DNA of 21,209 nt from positions 1-21,209 of the forward strand of contig NZ_NVQC01000003.1 in NCBI RefSeq assembly GCF_003044035.1, written 5' to 3'. Positions 1 to 8,109 of the stretch are shown here, in pieces. A program made the position numbers and the translations under genes. Under the pieces are notes generated by a model. The model did not search any database. It was given only the letters and a program-made list of their open reading frames with translations, and was not told where the DNA came from. This stretch comes from Candidatus Methylomirabilis limnetica (GTDB taxonomy: Bacteria > Methylomirabilota > Methylomirabilia > Methylomirabilales > Methylomirabilaceae). Each line of letters opens with the position of its first letter. Position 1 is the stretch's first letter.

Positions 1-474
1 CTCAACGTCATCTCCATCCATCTGCCGCCGCTGCGAGACCGACGGGAGGATATCCCGTTGCTCGCGGCCTCGTTCCTGGCCGATGTCGCTGCGGCGCTGC
101 ACTGTCCGGACCTGCACTTCAGCGAGGACGCCCTGCGCCATCTGGCGATGGTCCCATACCCATGGCCCGGCAACATCCGGGAGCTGCGGAATGTGTTGCA
201 GCAGGTGGGTGTCCTGTTGCAACACCCGGAGATCAGGTGGGACGACTTTCCGGCGTCCATTCGTATGGTGCGCGCAGAGGCGCTGCCGGCCGACCGACCC
301 GATTCGACCGGGTGGCTGGCCCAGGCCGAACGCCAGCTCATCCGCCAGATCGTCCAGCAGTGTGCGGGGAACCTGTCCCAGGCGGCACATCAACTCGGTA
401 TTTCCCGGAGCACGTTGTACCGGAAGCTGGAACAGTTTGGGCTGAAGCGACAGATGTTGATTGCTCCGGACTAG
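1..474 (+). CDS. sigma-54-dependent transcriptional activator (bacterial enhancer-binding protein, NtrC family), C-terminal fragment; the 5' end lies outside the window
   Basis: Frame 1 is open from base 1. It reads LNVISIHLPPLRDRREDIPLL, then GNIRELRNVL (end of the AAA+ sigma-54 interaction domain), then a Fis-type HTH, LSQAAHQLGISRSTLYRKL. Stop TAG at 472-474. The ORF-track start at 58 is an internal TTG. Confidence 0.85.
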   Translation, partial: LNVISIHLPPLRDRREDIPLLAASFLADVAAALHCPDLHFSEDALRHLAMVPYPWPGNIRELRNVLQQVGVLLQHPEIRWDDFPASIRMVRAEALPADRPDSTGWLAQAERQLIRQIVQQCAGNLSQAAHQLGISRSTLYRKLEQFGLKRQMLIAPD

Positions 475-485
475 GACACCTGTTG

Positions 486-501
486 TGCGACAGATGTCGC
501 A
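486..501. promoter_or_regulatory. perfect palindrome TGCGACA-GA-TGTCGCA; candidate upstream activator site for an enhancer-binding protein, or alternatively a short post-gene hairpin
   Basis: A 7-2-7 inverted repeat read directly from the sequence. It lies 12 nt after the activator gene stop and about 135 nt upstream of the -24/-12 element at 629-644. Confidence 0.3.
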
Positions 502-628
502 GTGTGGGGCGGAGTAGTTCAAATTAACTATGTTTCCATTTGTGGTCTGACGTCTATCCCCTAAATTATCATCTGAACTCCTTGTTTTCACAGGTGAAGG
601 TAAACTGGATTCGGAACGTCACTGCGTT

Positions 629-644
629 TGGCATCATCCTTGCG
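629..644 (+). promoter_or_regulatory. candidate sigma-54 (-24/-12) promoter for pmoCAB
   Basis: TGGCAT-CATCC-TTGCG compared with the consensus TGGCAC-N5-TTGCW. GG (630-631) and GC (642-643) are separated by exactly 10 nt. The element is on the same strand as pmoC and about 305 nt upstream of it. Confidence 0.45.
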
Positions 645-949
645 TATATAGCCCATTGAAATTGAGTGGAGACCAGCGTTACCAGTGGTAGTTTGAACTG
701 GGTCCGGGGAGTGAAGAAAGACTTGACAGATATTCCAAGGGCGATATACGATGAATTCTCCTAGAGGTAGGTTTCTGAAAGAGCGATCTTCTTGGAGAAA
801 TAACGCCCTGAATCTTAACCCTGTTGCGTGAGTGGCGACAAAGGAGGTGAGAATAGGCGCCAACAGAAAGCCTGGAGATGTGTGATGTCAAGGGCAGCAC
901 GGTCTACGTTATCTAATAAATTGATCAGAGCGTAAGGAGGAAGAATCGA

Positions 950-1726
950 ATGGCACAGTATAAGACTGAAGCGGTATCGGGTAAAAGTGCCGAGTCAGTA
1001 GAGAAGATGTTCGGCTGGGGTACCTGGTGGAAATGCATGATACCTATCAGCATCTTCTACGTCATGATTCGGATCTACCAGCAGTACTTCTCGTGGTCGA
1101 AAGGCCTCGACTTCTTTTCTGAGGACTTTCGGGTCTATTGGTGGAACATGCTCATCGGTGAGTTGATCATCGAGGCGGCGGTACTGACCTTCACCTTGGG
1201 CTACATCTGGAAGACCCGCGACCGGAATCTGGATCGAATCACGCCGGAGGAGGAACTCAGGCGGTTCTGGGGTCTCGGAATGTGGATCGCGACGTACGCC
1301 TGGGCCGTCTATTGGGGTGCCAGCTTCTTTACCGAGCAGGACGGGACGTGGCACCAGACGGTGATCCGCGATACGGACTTTACGCCGAGCCACATCATCG
1401 AGTTCTATCTCAGCTACCCGATCTACATCATTATCGGGATTAACTCCTACATGTGGGCCAGGACCCGTATCCCCATGTTTTCCAAGGGGCACTCCCTGCC
1501 CTTCATGCTGACGGTCGGCGGTCCTGCGATGATCTTTGTGAATGTGGCGCTGAACGAGTGGGGCCACACCTTCTGGATCATGGAGGAGTTGTTTGTGGCA
1601 CCGCTCCATTGGGGCTTTGTCACGCTCGGCTGGTGCCTTTTTGGGGTATATGGCATAGCGCTGACAATTACTCCGCGGGTCTTTGAGTTGATCAAGATCT
1701 GCAGCGGTAACAAGTCTACTGCGTGA
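950..1726 (+). CDS. pmoC: particulate methane monooxygenase subunit C
   Basis: 258 aa. SD AAGGAGG at 934-940, ATG at 950. Polytopic membrane protein with the PmoC/AmoC hallmark stretches RDTDFTPSHIIEFYLSYP and NEWGHTFWIMEE. It is the first gene of a C-A-B ordered cluster. Confidence 0.95.
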   Translation: MAQYKTEAVSGKSAESVEKMFGWGTWWKCMIPISIFYVMIRIYQQYFSWSKGLDFFSEDFRVYWWNMLIGELIIEAAVLTFTLGYIWKTRDRNLDRITPEEELRRFWGLGMWIATYAWAVYWGASFFTEQDGTWHQTVIRDTDFTPSHIIEFYLSYPIYIIIGINSYMWARTRIPMFSKGHSLPFMLTVGGPAMIFVNVALNEWGHTFWIMEELFVAPLHWGFVTLGWCLFGVYGIALTITPRVFELIKICSGNKSTA

Positions 1727-1783
1727 CGAAACTCGGTAAGGATCGTTTGTTGAGGATCCTCGAAGTCCACAAGTCCAAATAGT

Positions 1784-1812
1784 GGAGGGGGGTGGCGTTC
1801 TTGCCCCCCTCC
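1784..1812 (+). promoter_or_regulatory. GC-rich stem-loop in the pmoC-pmoA intergenic spacer (possible attenuator, processing or stability element)
   Basis: GGAGGGGGG (1784-1792) pairs with CCCCCCTCC (1804-1812) around an 11-nt loop, followed only by a weak CTTT. It sits 24 nt upstream of the pmoA ATG. Confidence 0.4.
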
Positions 1813-1835
1813 CTTTGAGAGAGAGGAAGAGCTAT

Positions 1836-2567
1836 ATGGCGCTCTTGACACAACAGCAAGCCCTGAGCCTGGAGCGGAAATTCGATATTATCGTAATAAT
1901 TGCTGCGTTCACGGGCACGGTCGCGGGGTATCATATTCACCAGATGCTGACCGTCGGCGACTGGGACTTTTGGCTGGACTGGAAGGATCGGCGTTGGTGG
2001 GTCACGTTGACGCCGATCCTGTTGATCACCTTTCCCGCGGCAACGCAATATTTCATGTGGGAGAAGATGCGTCTTCCGATCGGCGCCACATTTTGCGTGA
2101 TGACGCTTCACTTCGGGCAATGGATGAATCGGGTCTTTAACTTCTACATGTGGGCCTGGTTCCCGGTTAACTTTGTCACTCCGAGTCTTATGATACCCAG
2201 CGCGATCTTTCTGGACGTGACGCTGATGATGACAGGAAGCTACATGTTCACGGCGTTGTTCGGCGGTATGGGGTGGTCCCTGTTATTCTATCCGGCGAAC
2301 TGGACTTGGCTCGCCCCGTTTCACTTGGCAGTGAAGCATCCAAGCGGGCCGCTCATGTCGATTGCCGATCTGATGGGGATGGAGTATGTTAGGTCTGCCA
2401 CGCCTGAATACATCAGGATCATTGAGCGTGGGACGCTACGGACATTCGGAAGGGATGTCACGCCAGTCTCCTCTTTCTTCGCTGGGTTCATCAGCGGGAT
2501 AGTATACCTCTGGTGGGTTTGGATGGGGAAGGTGATCAGCAGGCCGGTATTCCTCTCGCGTACGTAG
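1836..2567 (+). CDS. pmoA: particulate methane monooxygenase subunit A
   Basis: The ORF-track start at 1782 lies inside the intergenic hairpin. The ATG at 1836 follows GAGAGGAAG (1821-1829) and gives 243 aa. The protein contains GDWDFWLDWKDRRWWVTLTPI, the signature PmoA/AmoA stretch. Confidence 0.95.
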   Translation: MALLTQQQALSLERKFDIIVIIAAFTGTVAGYHIHQMLTVGDWDFWLDWKDRRWWVTLTPILLITFPAATQYFMWEKMRLPIGATFCVMTLHFGQWMNRVFNFYMWAWFPVNFVTPSLMIPSAIFLDVTLMMTGSYMFTALFGGMGWSLLFYPANWTWLAPFHLAVKHPSGPLMSIADLMGMEYVRSATPEYIRIIERGTLRTFGRDVTPVSSFFAGFISGIVYLWWVWMGKVISRPVFLSRT

Positions 2568-2687
2568 CTGTTATTGATGCTGGCCCGTGGTGGGTTCTCG
2601 AAGCAAGCCTGCAAGGCAAGAGAAGACTCCACGTGGCGCTGCAATGCGAATGAATTGACTCTTACCCACGAACCTGGGAGGATAACA

Positions 2688-3956
2688 ATGAGGATCGGAC
2701 GAGCGGCGTTGTCGGCGATCGTGCTTGGAGCGATCGCCGTGTCCGCGGGAACGGTATGGGCCCATGGCGAGCGGTCGCAGGAGCCGTTTCTGCGGATGCG
2801 CACGATAACGTTTTACGATACTGAGTGGTCGAAATCGAAGGTGAAGCCCGGCGAGACGATGGATCTGACGGGGAAATTCCATACGTTCAGTGAATGGCCG
2901 CAGGCCGTCAATACCCCAGAGTCGATCTTTCTCCACTTCTCGGTACCAGGGCCATCAATGCTTAAGAAAGAGGCGTGGATGAATGGCATGCCCGTCATCA
3001 ACGCTACCAGTACGATTCTTGGCGGAGACTATGATTATAGAATGGTCCTTATGGGGCGGGTCACCGGGACTTATCATGTTCACCCGATGGTAAATATTGC
3101 GGGTGGAGGGCCCCTGGTCGGTGGAGGCCAATTTGTCACTGTCGATGGCGATTGGACTGGCTTTCAAAATAACGTCGCGACCATCGATGGCTCGACAGTG
3201 AACATGGAAAACCACGGGCTGGGAAGGATCATCGGCTGGTGGGGTTTTTGGGTCGTCATAGGTCTGTTCTGGCTGTTGTATTGGATAAAGAGACCATTTT
3301 TGCGGCGTGTCTTCCAGGTTGGGGTTGTGCCTGAGGAGCAGCTTGTGAGCTCAGGCGATAAAACGGTGGCGGTCGTTCTCATGGTCGCGACAGTCCTCAT
3401 CGTGTCCATTGGCTACGTCACGACCAACAGCGCCTATCCCATCACGATTCCGCTGCAGGCCGGTAGGATGGATACTCCTGAACTAGCGCCCACCACGGCG
3501 TTTACGCCGTACGCCCATGCCACCATAAAGGCTAGGCCGATAACCGCGATCTATACAGTGCCTGGGCGTTCTCTTGGGATGCTGGTAGAGATCAAGAACG
3601 GTTCGAACAGGCCTCAGCAGTTGGGGGGATTCATCACGGCCAACCTGCAGTTCAGGGAGCCCAGCATGTTCCCAGACTCGCGGCTCAAGGTCAAGGTGGA
3701 GCCTAACGGCCCCATCGCTCCTGGCCAGACAGTACAGCTAACGATTGATGCTACTGACGCGGAATGGGAGTACCAGAGGTTGGCCGAGTTGATCTATGAC
3801 TCAGATAGCCGGTACGGCGGACTCCTTGAGTTCTTTGATGCAGACAAGAACCGGCAAATTGTCGAGGTCGGCGGTCCTGTGATCCCGTCCTTTGAGGGCG
3901 GTGCCACTGCCATGACAGGCGGCGGCAAATGGCGACCAACTACGCAGTACAAATAA
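2688..3956 (+). CDS. pmoB: particulate methane monooxygenase subunit B
   Basis: The ORF-track start at 2574 has no SD. The ATG at 2688 follows GGGAGGA (2676-2682) and gives 422 aa. Signal peptide MRIGRAALSAIVLGAIAVSAGTVWA, mature N-terminus HGERSQEPFLRMRT (the N-terminal His of the PmoB copper site), and an HxH in GTYHVHPMVN. Two central TM helices are followed by a soluble C-terminal domain. Confidence 0.93.
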   Translation: MRIGRAALSAIVLGAIAVSAGTVWAHGERSQEPFLRMRTITFYDTEWSKSKVKPGETMDLTGKFHTFSEWPQAVNTPESIFLHFSVPGPSMLKKEAWMNGMPVINATSTILGGDYDYRMVLMGRVTGTYHVHPMVNIAGGGPLVGGGQFVTVDGDWTGFQNNVATIDGSTVNMENHGLGRIIGWWGFWVVIGLFWLLYWIKRPFLRRVFQVGVVPEEQLVSSGDKTVAVVLMVATVLIVSIGYVTTNSAYPITIPLQAGRMDTPELAPTTAFTPYAHATIKARPITAIYTVPGRSLGMLVEIKNGSNRPQQLGGFITANLQFREPSMFPDSRLKVKVEPNGPIAPGQTVQLTIDATDAEWEYQRLAELIYDSDSRYGGLLEFFDADKNRQIVEVGGPVIPSFEGGATAMTGGGKWRPTTQYK

Positions 3957-3976
3957 CGGGAAGGAGACACGAAATC

Positions 3977-4054
3977 ATGGAAGCAGCCGGGATGAACATA
4001 GCTCTGCTGGTAATGCTGCTCATTGTCATTATGACGTTGGTGAACCAGGCTTAA
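3977..4054 (+). CDS. 25-codon micro-ORF encoding a single hydrophobic helix (MEAAGMNIALLVMLLIVIMTLVNQA); not in the ORF track
   Basis: ATG at 3977, 21 nt after the pmoB stop, preceded by GGGAAGGAG (3958-3966). Stop TAA at 4052-4054. The operon terminator hairpin follows it rather than following pmoB. Confidence 0.4.
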   Translation: MEAAGMNIALLVMLLIVIMTLVNQA

Positions 4055-4062
4055 GCGGGTGC

Positions 4063-4127
4063 GTGAGGGTCCCATCCTTTGAGATTCCAGATTCGGGATT
4101 TCAACGGGTGGGACCCTCACCCTTTTC
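4063..4127 (+). terminator. candidate intrinsic terminator of the pmoCAB transcription unit
   Basis: GTGAGGGTCCCA (4063-4074) pairs perfectly with TGGGACCCTCAC (4109-4120), extendable by about 3 bp, followed by CCTTTTC. The loop is large (28-34 nt), which lowers confidence. Confidence 0.5.
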
Positions 4128-4198
4128 AAGCGACGCCACCTCAGCAGGTGGTGGGGAGCTTTAATAAGAAGGCAAGTAGAAGGAAGTAGGATAGGGGA

Positions 4199-4963
4199 AT
4201 GAGGGAGTTGGCTTCGATTGGGCTGGCAGTGTTGTTGGTGGCATCCGGGGTATCGCAGGCATGGGCTCACGGTGGTGGTGGCGCTGGTGGAATTACAGAG
4301 GGTGATCTTTGCTCGGTAGAAAAGGGACATCAGCTTGTCCACTTCAGCGCCTATCAGCATGTGTCTGCAGGGCCGGCATCTCAGCTTGCTCGGCTCAAGG
4401 ATGCGGATCTGAAGCGGTACGTTGATGCGCTAAAAGAGGAGTTTCGGTCCTACTGCCGAGATATCCCAAGTACGGGAAAGACGACACTGACCTTTGATCT
4501 CATTAGCGATACTCTTCGAACGATTCCGATGGCTGTCCGGGTCGTTGAGGTGACGAATGACGGCGAGTCCGGAACAGTCCTGGAGATCCCGCAGCAAGTC
4601 TACCCCACTGGCGTGGTGAGAGCGGAGGCGGAGTTTACTAAGGCCGGGAAATATCGGGCTATCGTCGAGCTTCAGGAGCACCATGCAGACGGATCCCCAC
4701 TCGTGGGTGCTGACGACGCGGTAAGCCATAGTCACGATGGGACTGGGGCGGCAAATCAGAAGCACGGAACCGCTGGAGAGGAAGAGGCGTATCATGCCTA
4801 CGATTCTAACTTTAGCTTCCCCTTTACAGTCGGACTGAAGACAGCCAGGTCTGTTGGTGGTTCTTCGTCCATGATGAGCAATCCGGCTATTCTGGTGATG
4901 ACCATAGCAGGTATTGGTATCGGTACTGTGCTCTATGTAAGGCGAAAGAATAAAGCGGCCTAA
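4199..4963 (+). CDS. secreted, C-terminally membrane-anchored His-rich protein of unknown function
   Basis: 254 aa. Signal peptide MRELASIGLAVLLVASGVSQAWA with an AXA cleavage motif, so the predicted mature N-terminus is HGGGG. There is a His/acid-rich patch (EHHADGSPLVGADDAVSHSHDG...HGTAGEEEAYHAYD) and a C-terminal TM helix followed by a basic tail (NPAILVMTIAGIGIGTVLYVRRKNKAA). I recognised no family motif. Confidence 0.7.
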   Translation: MRELASIGLAVLLVASGVSQAWAHGGGGAGGITEGDLCSVEKGHQLVHFSAYQHVSAGPASQLARLKDADLKRYVDALKEEFRSYCRDIPSTGKTTLTFDLISDTLRTIPMAVRVVEVTNDGESGTVLEIPQQVYPTGVVRAEAEFTKAGKYRAIVELQEHHADGSPLVGADDAVSHSHDGTGAANQKHGTAGEEEAYHAYDSNFSFPFTVGLKTARSVGGSSSMMSNPAILVMTIAGIGIGTVLYVRRKNKAA

Positions 4964-4990
4964 ACGGACCACATAAGAGCGTCTGGGAAA

Positions 4991-5036
4991 AAATTGACCC
5001 TCTCACGATGGGATGGACACTCGTGAGAGGGTCAAT
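4991..5036. terminator. 16-bp perfect hairpin, candidate bidirectional terminator between convergent units
   Basis: AATTGACCCTCTCACG (4991-5006) pairs with CGTGAGAGGGTCAATT (5021-5036) around a 14-nt loop. The A6 run at 4985-4990 provides a U-tract for minus-strand transcripts. On the plus strand only AATTGTTA follows. Confidence 0.55.
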
Positions 5037-5424
5037 TGTTAGCTATAAGCGCCAGCGCACATACAACTAACTGCGGAGAATCTTTAAGGGCAGTTTCCTT
5101 TAATAGCGCCCCAGGCCTTTCCGCATTCGTCAGACGCACATACTTTGTCTCTCTTACATGTCTTAACTTTTTCCGTATCCGTTGTGCCTGAATAGTGCGC
5201 TTGGGGAGAAACATCGTTAAGGCCATTGTCCAATCCGTCCACTGGAGAACATCCGCACGGACCTGCCGTCGACTTATAGGTCCAGCCTTGTGCTGAGCCA
5301 CCGCAAACTCACCTGTTTACAGCTCCCACCATCTCTTCCTTGCCCCCCAAGTGTCATGCGCCTAGTTGCAGTAGCGTGGGAGCTATTGGGGGGGCCGGCA
5401 GCAAAAAATATAACAGGCTGCGAG

Positions 5425-7362
5425 CTAGGCGATACCTCCCGCCAGACCGGTGGTGGTAGGTGGTACCGGTGCCGAAGGGGAGCCTCCTGGCGCAGCAGCT
5501 TCGGTGCCTGCCTCAGCGCTGGTAGGTCGTGATGCGTCCAGCGCCACAACCTTCCCCGCCATGACGTCGTCCAGTTCCTCCGCAAATAGGGTTTCGCGAT
5601 CTAGCAGGGCTTTTGCCACGCGCTGCAGCTTCTCGCGATTAGCCTCGATCATCTGATAAGCTACCGTGTAGCACTCATCGGTGATGCGGCGAACCTCCTG
5701 GTCGATCTGGTAGGCGATCTCTTCACTATAGTTTCGGCTGTCGATCATATCTCGACCAAGAAAGACGGGCCCACCCGACCTACCCAGCGTGACGAGACCG
5801 AGCTTTTCCGACATGCCGAAATTAGTCACCATTCGGCGAGCCATGCCAGTTGCCTGCTCAAAGTCATTTGAGGCTCCGGTGGTAACCTCGCCGAAAATCA
5901 AAGACTCAGCGGCGCGGCCACCCATGCCAACGCTGATTTCCGCCAGTAGTTCTGATCGCGTACGAGTGTAGCGGTCCTCCGGCGGGGCCCCCATCACATA
6001 GCCGAGTGCCATCCCGCGCGAGACGATCGTCACCTTGTGGGGCGGATCAGCATTCGGGATGAGCTTGCGCAGGATGGCGTGCCCGGCCTCATGGTAGGCC
6101 ACCATCTCACGCTCCTTTGGTTTCAGGGCACGACTGCGTCGCAAGGGTCCCGCAATTACGCGCTCGACTGCCTCGTCAAAGTCGGACATACTGACTTGAG
6201 TCTTGTTGTGCCTGGCGGCAAGGAGCGCGCCCTCGTTTACCACGGCGGCAAGATCTGCCCCAGAGAAGCCCGGGGTCTGCTTGGCGAGCGTGTCGACGTT
6301 GACGTCAGGTGCCATTGGTATTTCGCGCATGTGTACCTGCAAGATAGCCTTGCGACCCTTGCTGTCGGGGTTATCCACGATGATCCGCCGGTCAAAACGC
6401 CCAGGGCGCAACAGGGCAGGATCGAGGATGTCTGGCCGGTTAGTGGCGGCAATCACGATAATCCCGATATTGTTCTCGAAGCCGTCCATCGCGACCAGCA
6501 GTTGGTTCAAGGTCTGCTCGCGCTCATCGTTTCCGCCGCCGAGGCCCGCCCCACGGTGGCGGCCCACCGCGTCGATCTCGTCGATGAAGACCAGGCAAGG
6601 GACGTTCTTCTTGGCTTGCTCGAACAGATCGCGGACGCGGCTGGCGCCCACCCCCACAAAGACCTCCACGAACTCAGATCCCGAGAGCGAGAAGAACGGA
6701 ACGCTGGCCTCCCCGGCAACCGCCTTAGCAAGAAGCGTCTTCCCGCAGCCTGGTGGCCCCACAAGCAATAGCCCCCTGGGGATCTTCGCGTGCAGCGCCT
6801 GAAACTTTTGGGGGTGCTTCAAGAACTCAATGACCTCCAACAGCTCCTCCTTCGGCTCTTCCTCTCCGGCCACGTCTGCGAAGGTAACATTGGGCTTAGT
6901 CGCGTCGTGCAGTTTCGCCTTGGATTTACCGAACGACATTGGGCCGCCGCCGCCCCCCCCCATCTGCGAGGCCCGACGGCTCATCATCACGAACAGGCCG
7001 ATAATCACGAGGAACGGCAAGAAGTTGAACAGAAGGCCAAGCCAGATGGAGCCGCCGGCTTGCGCCTCGATCGCGAAGCGAATCCCCTTCTTTTTCAATA
7101 GCTCTTGCAGGTCTCCCGTCGCCTCCTTACTGTAGATCGTCCGAAGGTGCTGCCCCTCAGTGACATGGAAGTAGATAGTGTGATTACTTTCATCGAAGAT
7201 CACCGTCCCGGCGATCTGTCCTTCTTCCACCAAGTTCATGAGGTCGCTGAAGATGACCTGGGTGGAGGCTTTTTTGGAACTCGAGAAGATCGGAATCAGG
7301 ATCACGGCGACCACAAGGAACAAGGCGAACACGCTCGCAGCCCATACGTAACGCTTGTTCAC
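5425..7362 (-). CDS. ftsH: ATP-dependent zinc metalloprotease FtsH
   Basis: N-terminal TM helix, Walker A GPPGCGKT, Walker B VFIDEIDA, zinc site HEAGHA. The ORF-track start at 7398 is a TTG. A GTG at 7362 lies 8 nt downstream of AAGGAGG (complement of 7371-7377) and gives MNKRYVW..., 645 aa. I prefer this start, but it is not certain. Confidence 0.93.
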   Translation of the reverse strand: MNKRYVWAASVFALFLVVAVILIPIFSSSKKASTQVIFSDLMNLVEEGQIAGTVIFDESNHTIYFHVTEGQHLRTIYSKEATGDLQELLKKKGIRFAIEAQAGGSIWLGLLFNFLPFLVIIGLFVMMSRRASQMGGGGGGPMSFGKSKAKLHDATKPNVTFADVAGEEEPKEELLEVIEFLKHPQKFQALHAKIPRGLLLVGPPGCGKTLLAKAVAGEASVPFFSLSGSEFVEVFVGVGASRVRDLFEQAKKNVPCLVFIDEIDAVGRHRGAGLGGGNDEREQTLNQLLVAMDGFENNIGIIVIAATNRPDILDPALLRPGRFDRRIIVDNPDSKGRKAILQVHMREIPMAPDVNVDTLAKQTPGFSGADLAAVVNEGALLAARHNKTQVSMSDFDEAVERVIAGPLRRSRALKPKEREMVAYHEAGHAILRKLIPNADPPHKVTIVSRGMALGYVMGAPPEDRYTRTRSELLAEISVGMGGRAAESLIFGEVTTGASNDFEQATGMARRMVTNFGMSEKLGLVTLGRSGGPVFLGRDMIDSRNYSEEIAYQIDQEVRRITDECYTVAYQMIEANREKLQRVAKALLDRETLFAEELDDVMAGKVVALDASRPTSAEAGTEAAAPGGSPSAPVPPTTTGLAGGIA

Positions 7363-7624
7363 GGCAATAACCTCCTTCGTGTTATCCCGACATACCAAAG
7401 CCGGGCGTCAAGCATCCGGGACGTTATGCCGGACACATGAAACATCTTATGGCCAAGGTCTATCATCCGACTCTCACTGCACGCATCAACCAATCGTTGC
7501 CTTCTTGTCGACATAGCCACGTTTATGGCGAATTACTACCCTGCGCAACTAGCTTCGCCGAGTCTTACAGGAACCACGTTTAGGTTAAATCAAGCATATG
7601 AGTTTGTCAAGCCCAACTTCTGTG

Positions 7625-7767
7625 CCCAAGAACAGTGATAGAAAAATTGTCATTGCGAACGAAGTGAAGCAATCTCGCCTTATTGCACTGAGATTGCCAC
7701 GCACCCTACGGGTACTCGCAATGACGGGAAGAATCGAGCGGTTGCGAAGTCTATCGCTGTTCCTGGG
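7625..7767. repeat. palindromic MITE/REP-like element, copy A (143 nt)
   Basis: Near-identical to 15211-15352. Terminal inverted repeats are CCCAAGAACAG(T/C)GATAG and CTA(T/G)CGCTGTTC(C/T)TGGG. Nested internal inverted repeats are GTCATTGCGA/TCGCAATGAC and GCAATCTC/GAGATTGC. Confidence 0.8.
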
Positions 7768-8109
7768 TCTATGGTTTGTAGAGTCGAATGGTCTGGGGTC
7801 ATGGGAGGGGGCGCAGCGAATGGGGCGACGCAAGCTGATCTGGGGGGGTAAGCCGGAGGAGCGCGGGATCTCAAAGGGACTGTGTCTCTGCAGCTCGCAA
7901 CGGCGCAGCGAGCCTGCGCCTGTGACGGTACGCCTGATCGGTCGGATTGTCAGCGCTTCCTTCGAACTCCAGTGATGACCGAGAGAGGAGACTTTCGTGC
8001 CGACGTCAGGGATTGCGAGGAAGGGGGTGATGGTGGGCACGAAGCGGCGTGAAAATATGGAGAGCTGGACGACCTCTATTCGCTATGGCCCTAAAGGTCG
8101 ATCAATGGC

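Noticed and set aside
723-750. Sigma-70-like promoter TTGACA-N16-TATACG upstream of pmoC
   Set aside because: The -35 hexamer is perfect, but the -10 hexamer lacks the invariant final T. I kept it only as an alternative to the sigma-54 element, not as a feature.
1782-1835. The N-terminal extensions given by the longest-ORF starts of pmoA (1782), pmoB (2574), nod-1 (12483) and ftsH (7398)
   Set aside because: The downstream in-frame starts have clear SD sequences. They give products matching the expected N-termini or signal peptides. The pmoA extension would also start inside a stable hairpin.
5032-5301. An 89-aa minus-strand ORF between the bidirectional hairpin and ftsH
   Set aside because: It has no SD and no recognisable motif, and its 3' end runs into the terminator stem. 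The region may be ftsH 3' UTR or a small RNA. There is not enough evidence to call a CDS.
5342-5395. Hairpin GCCCCCCAA...TTGGGGGGGC just downstream of the ftsH stop
   Set aside because: The stem is imperfect (one bulged G), the loop is about 36 nt, and the T-run lies on the wrong side of the stem for a minus-strand terminator. This is not convincing as a terminator.
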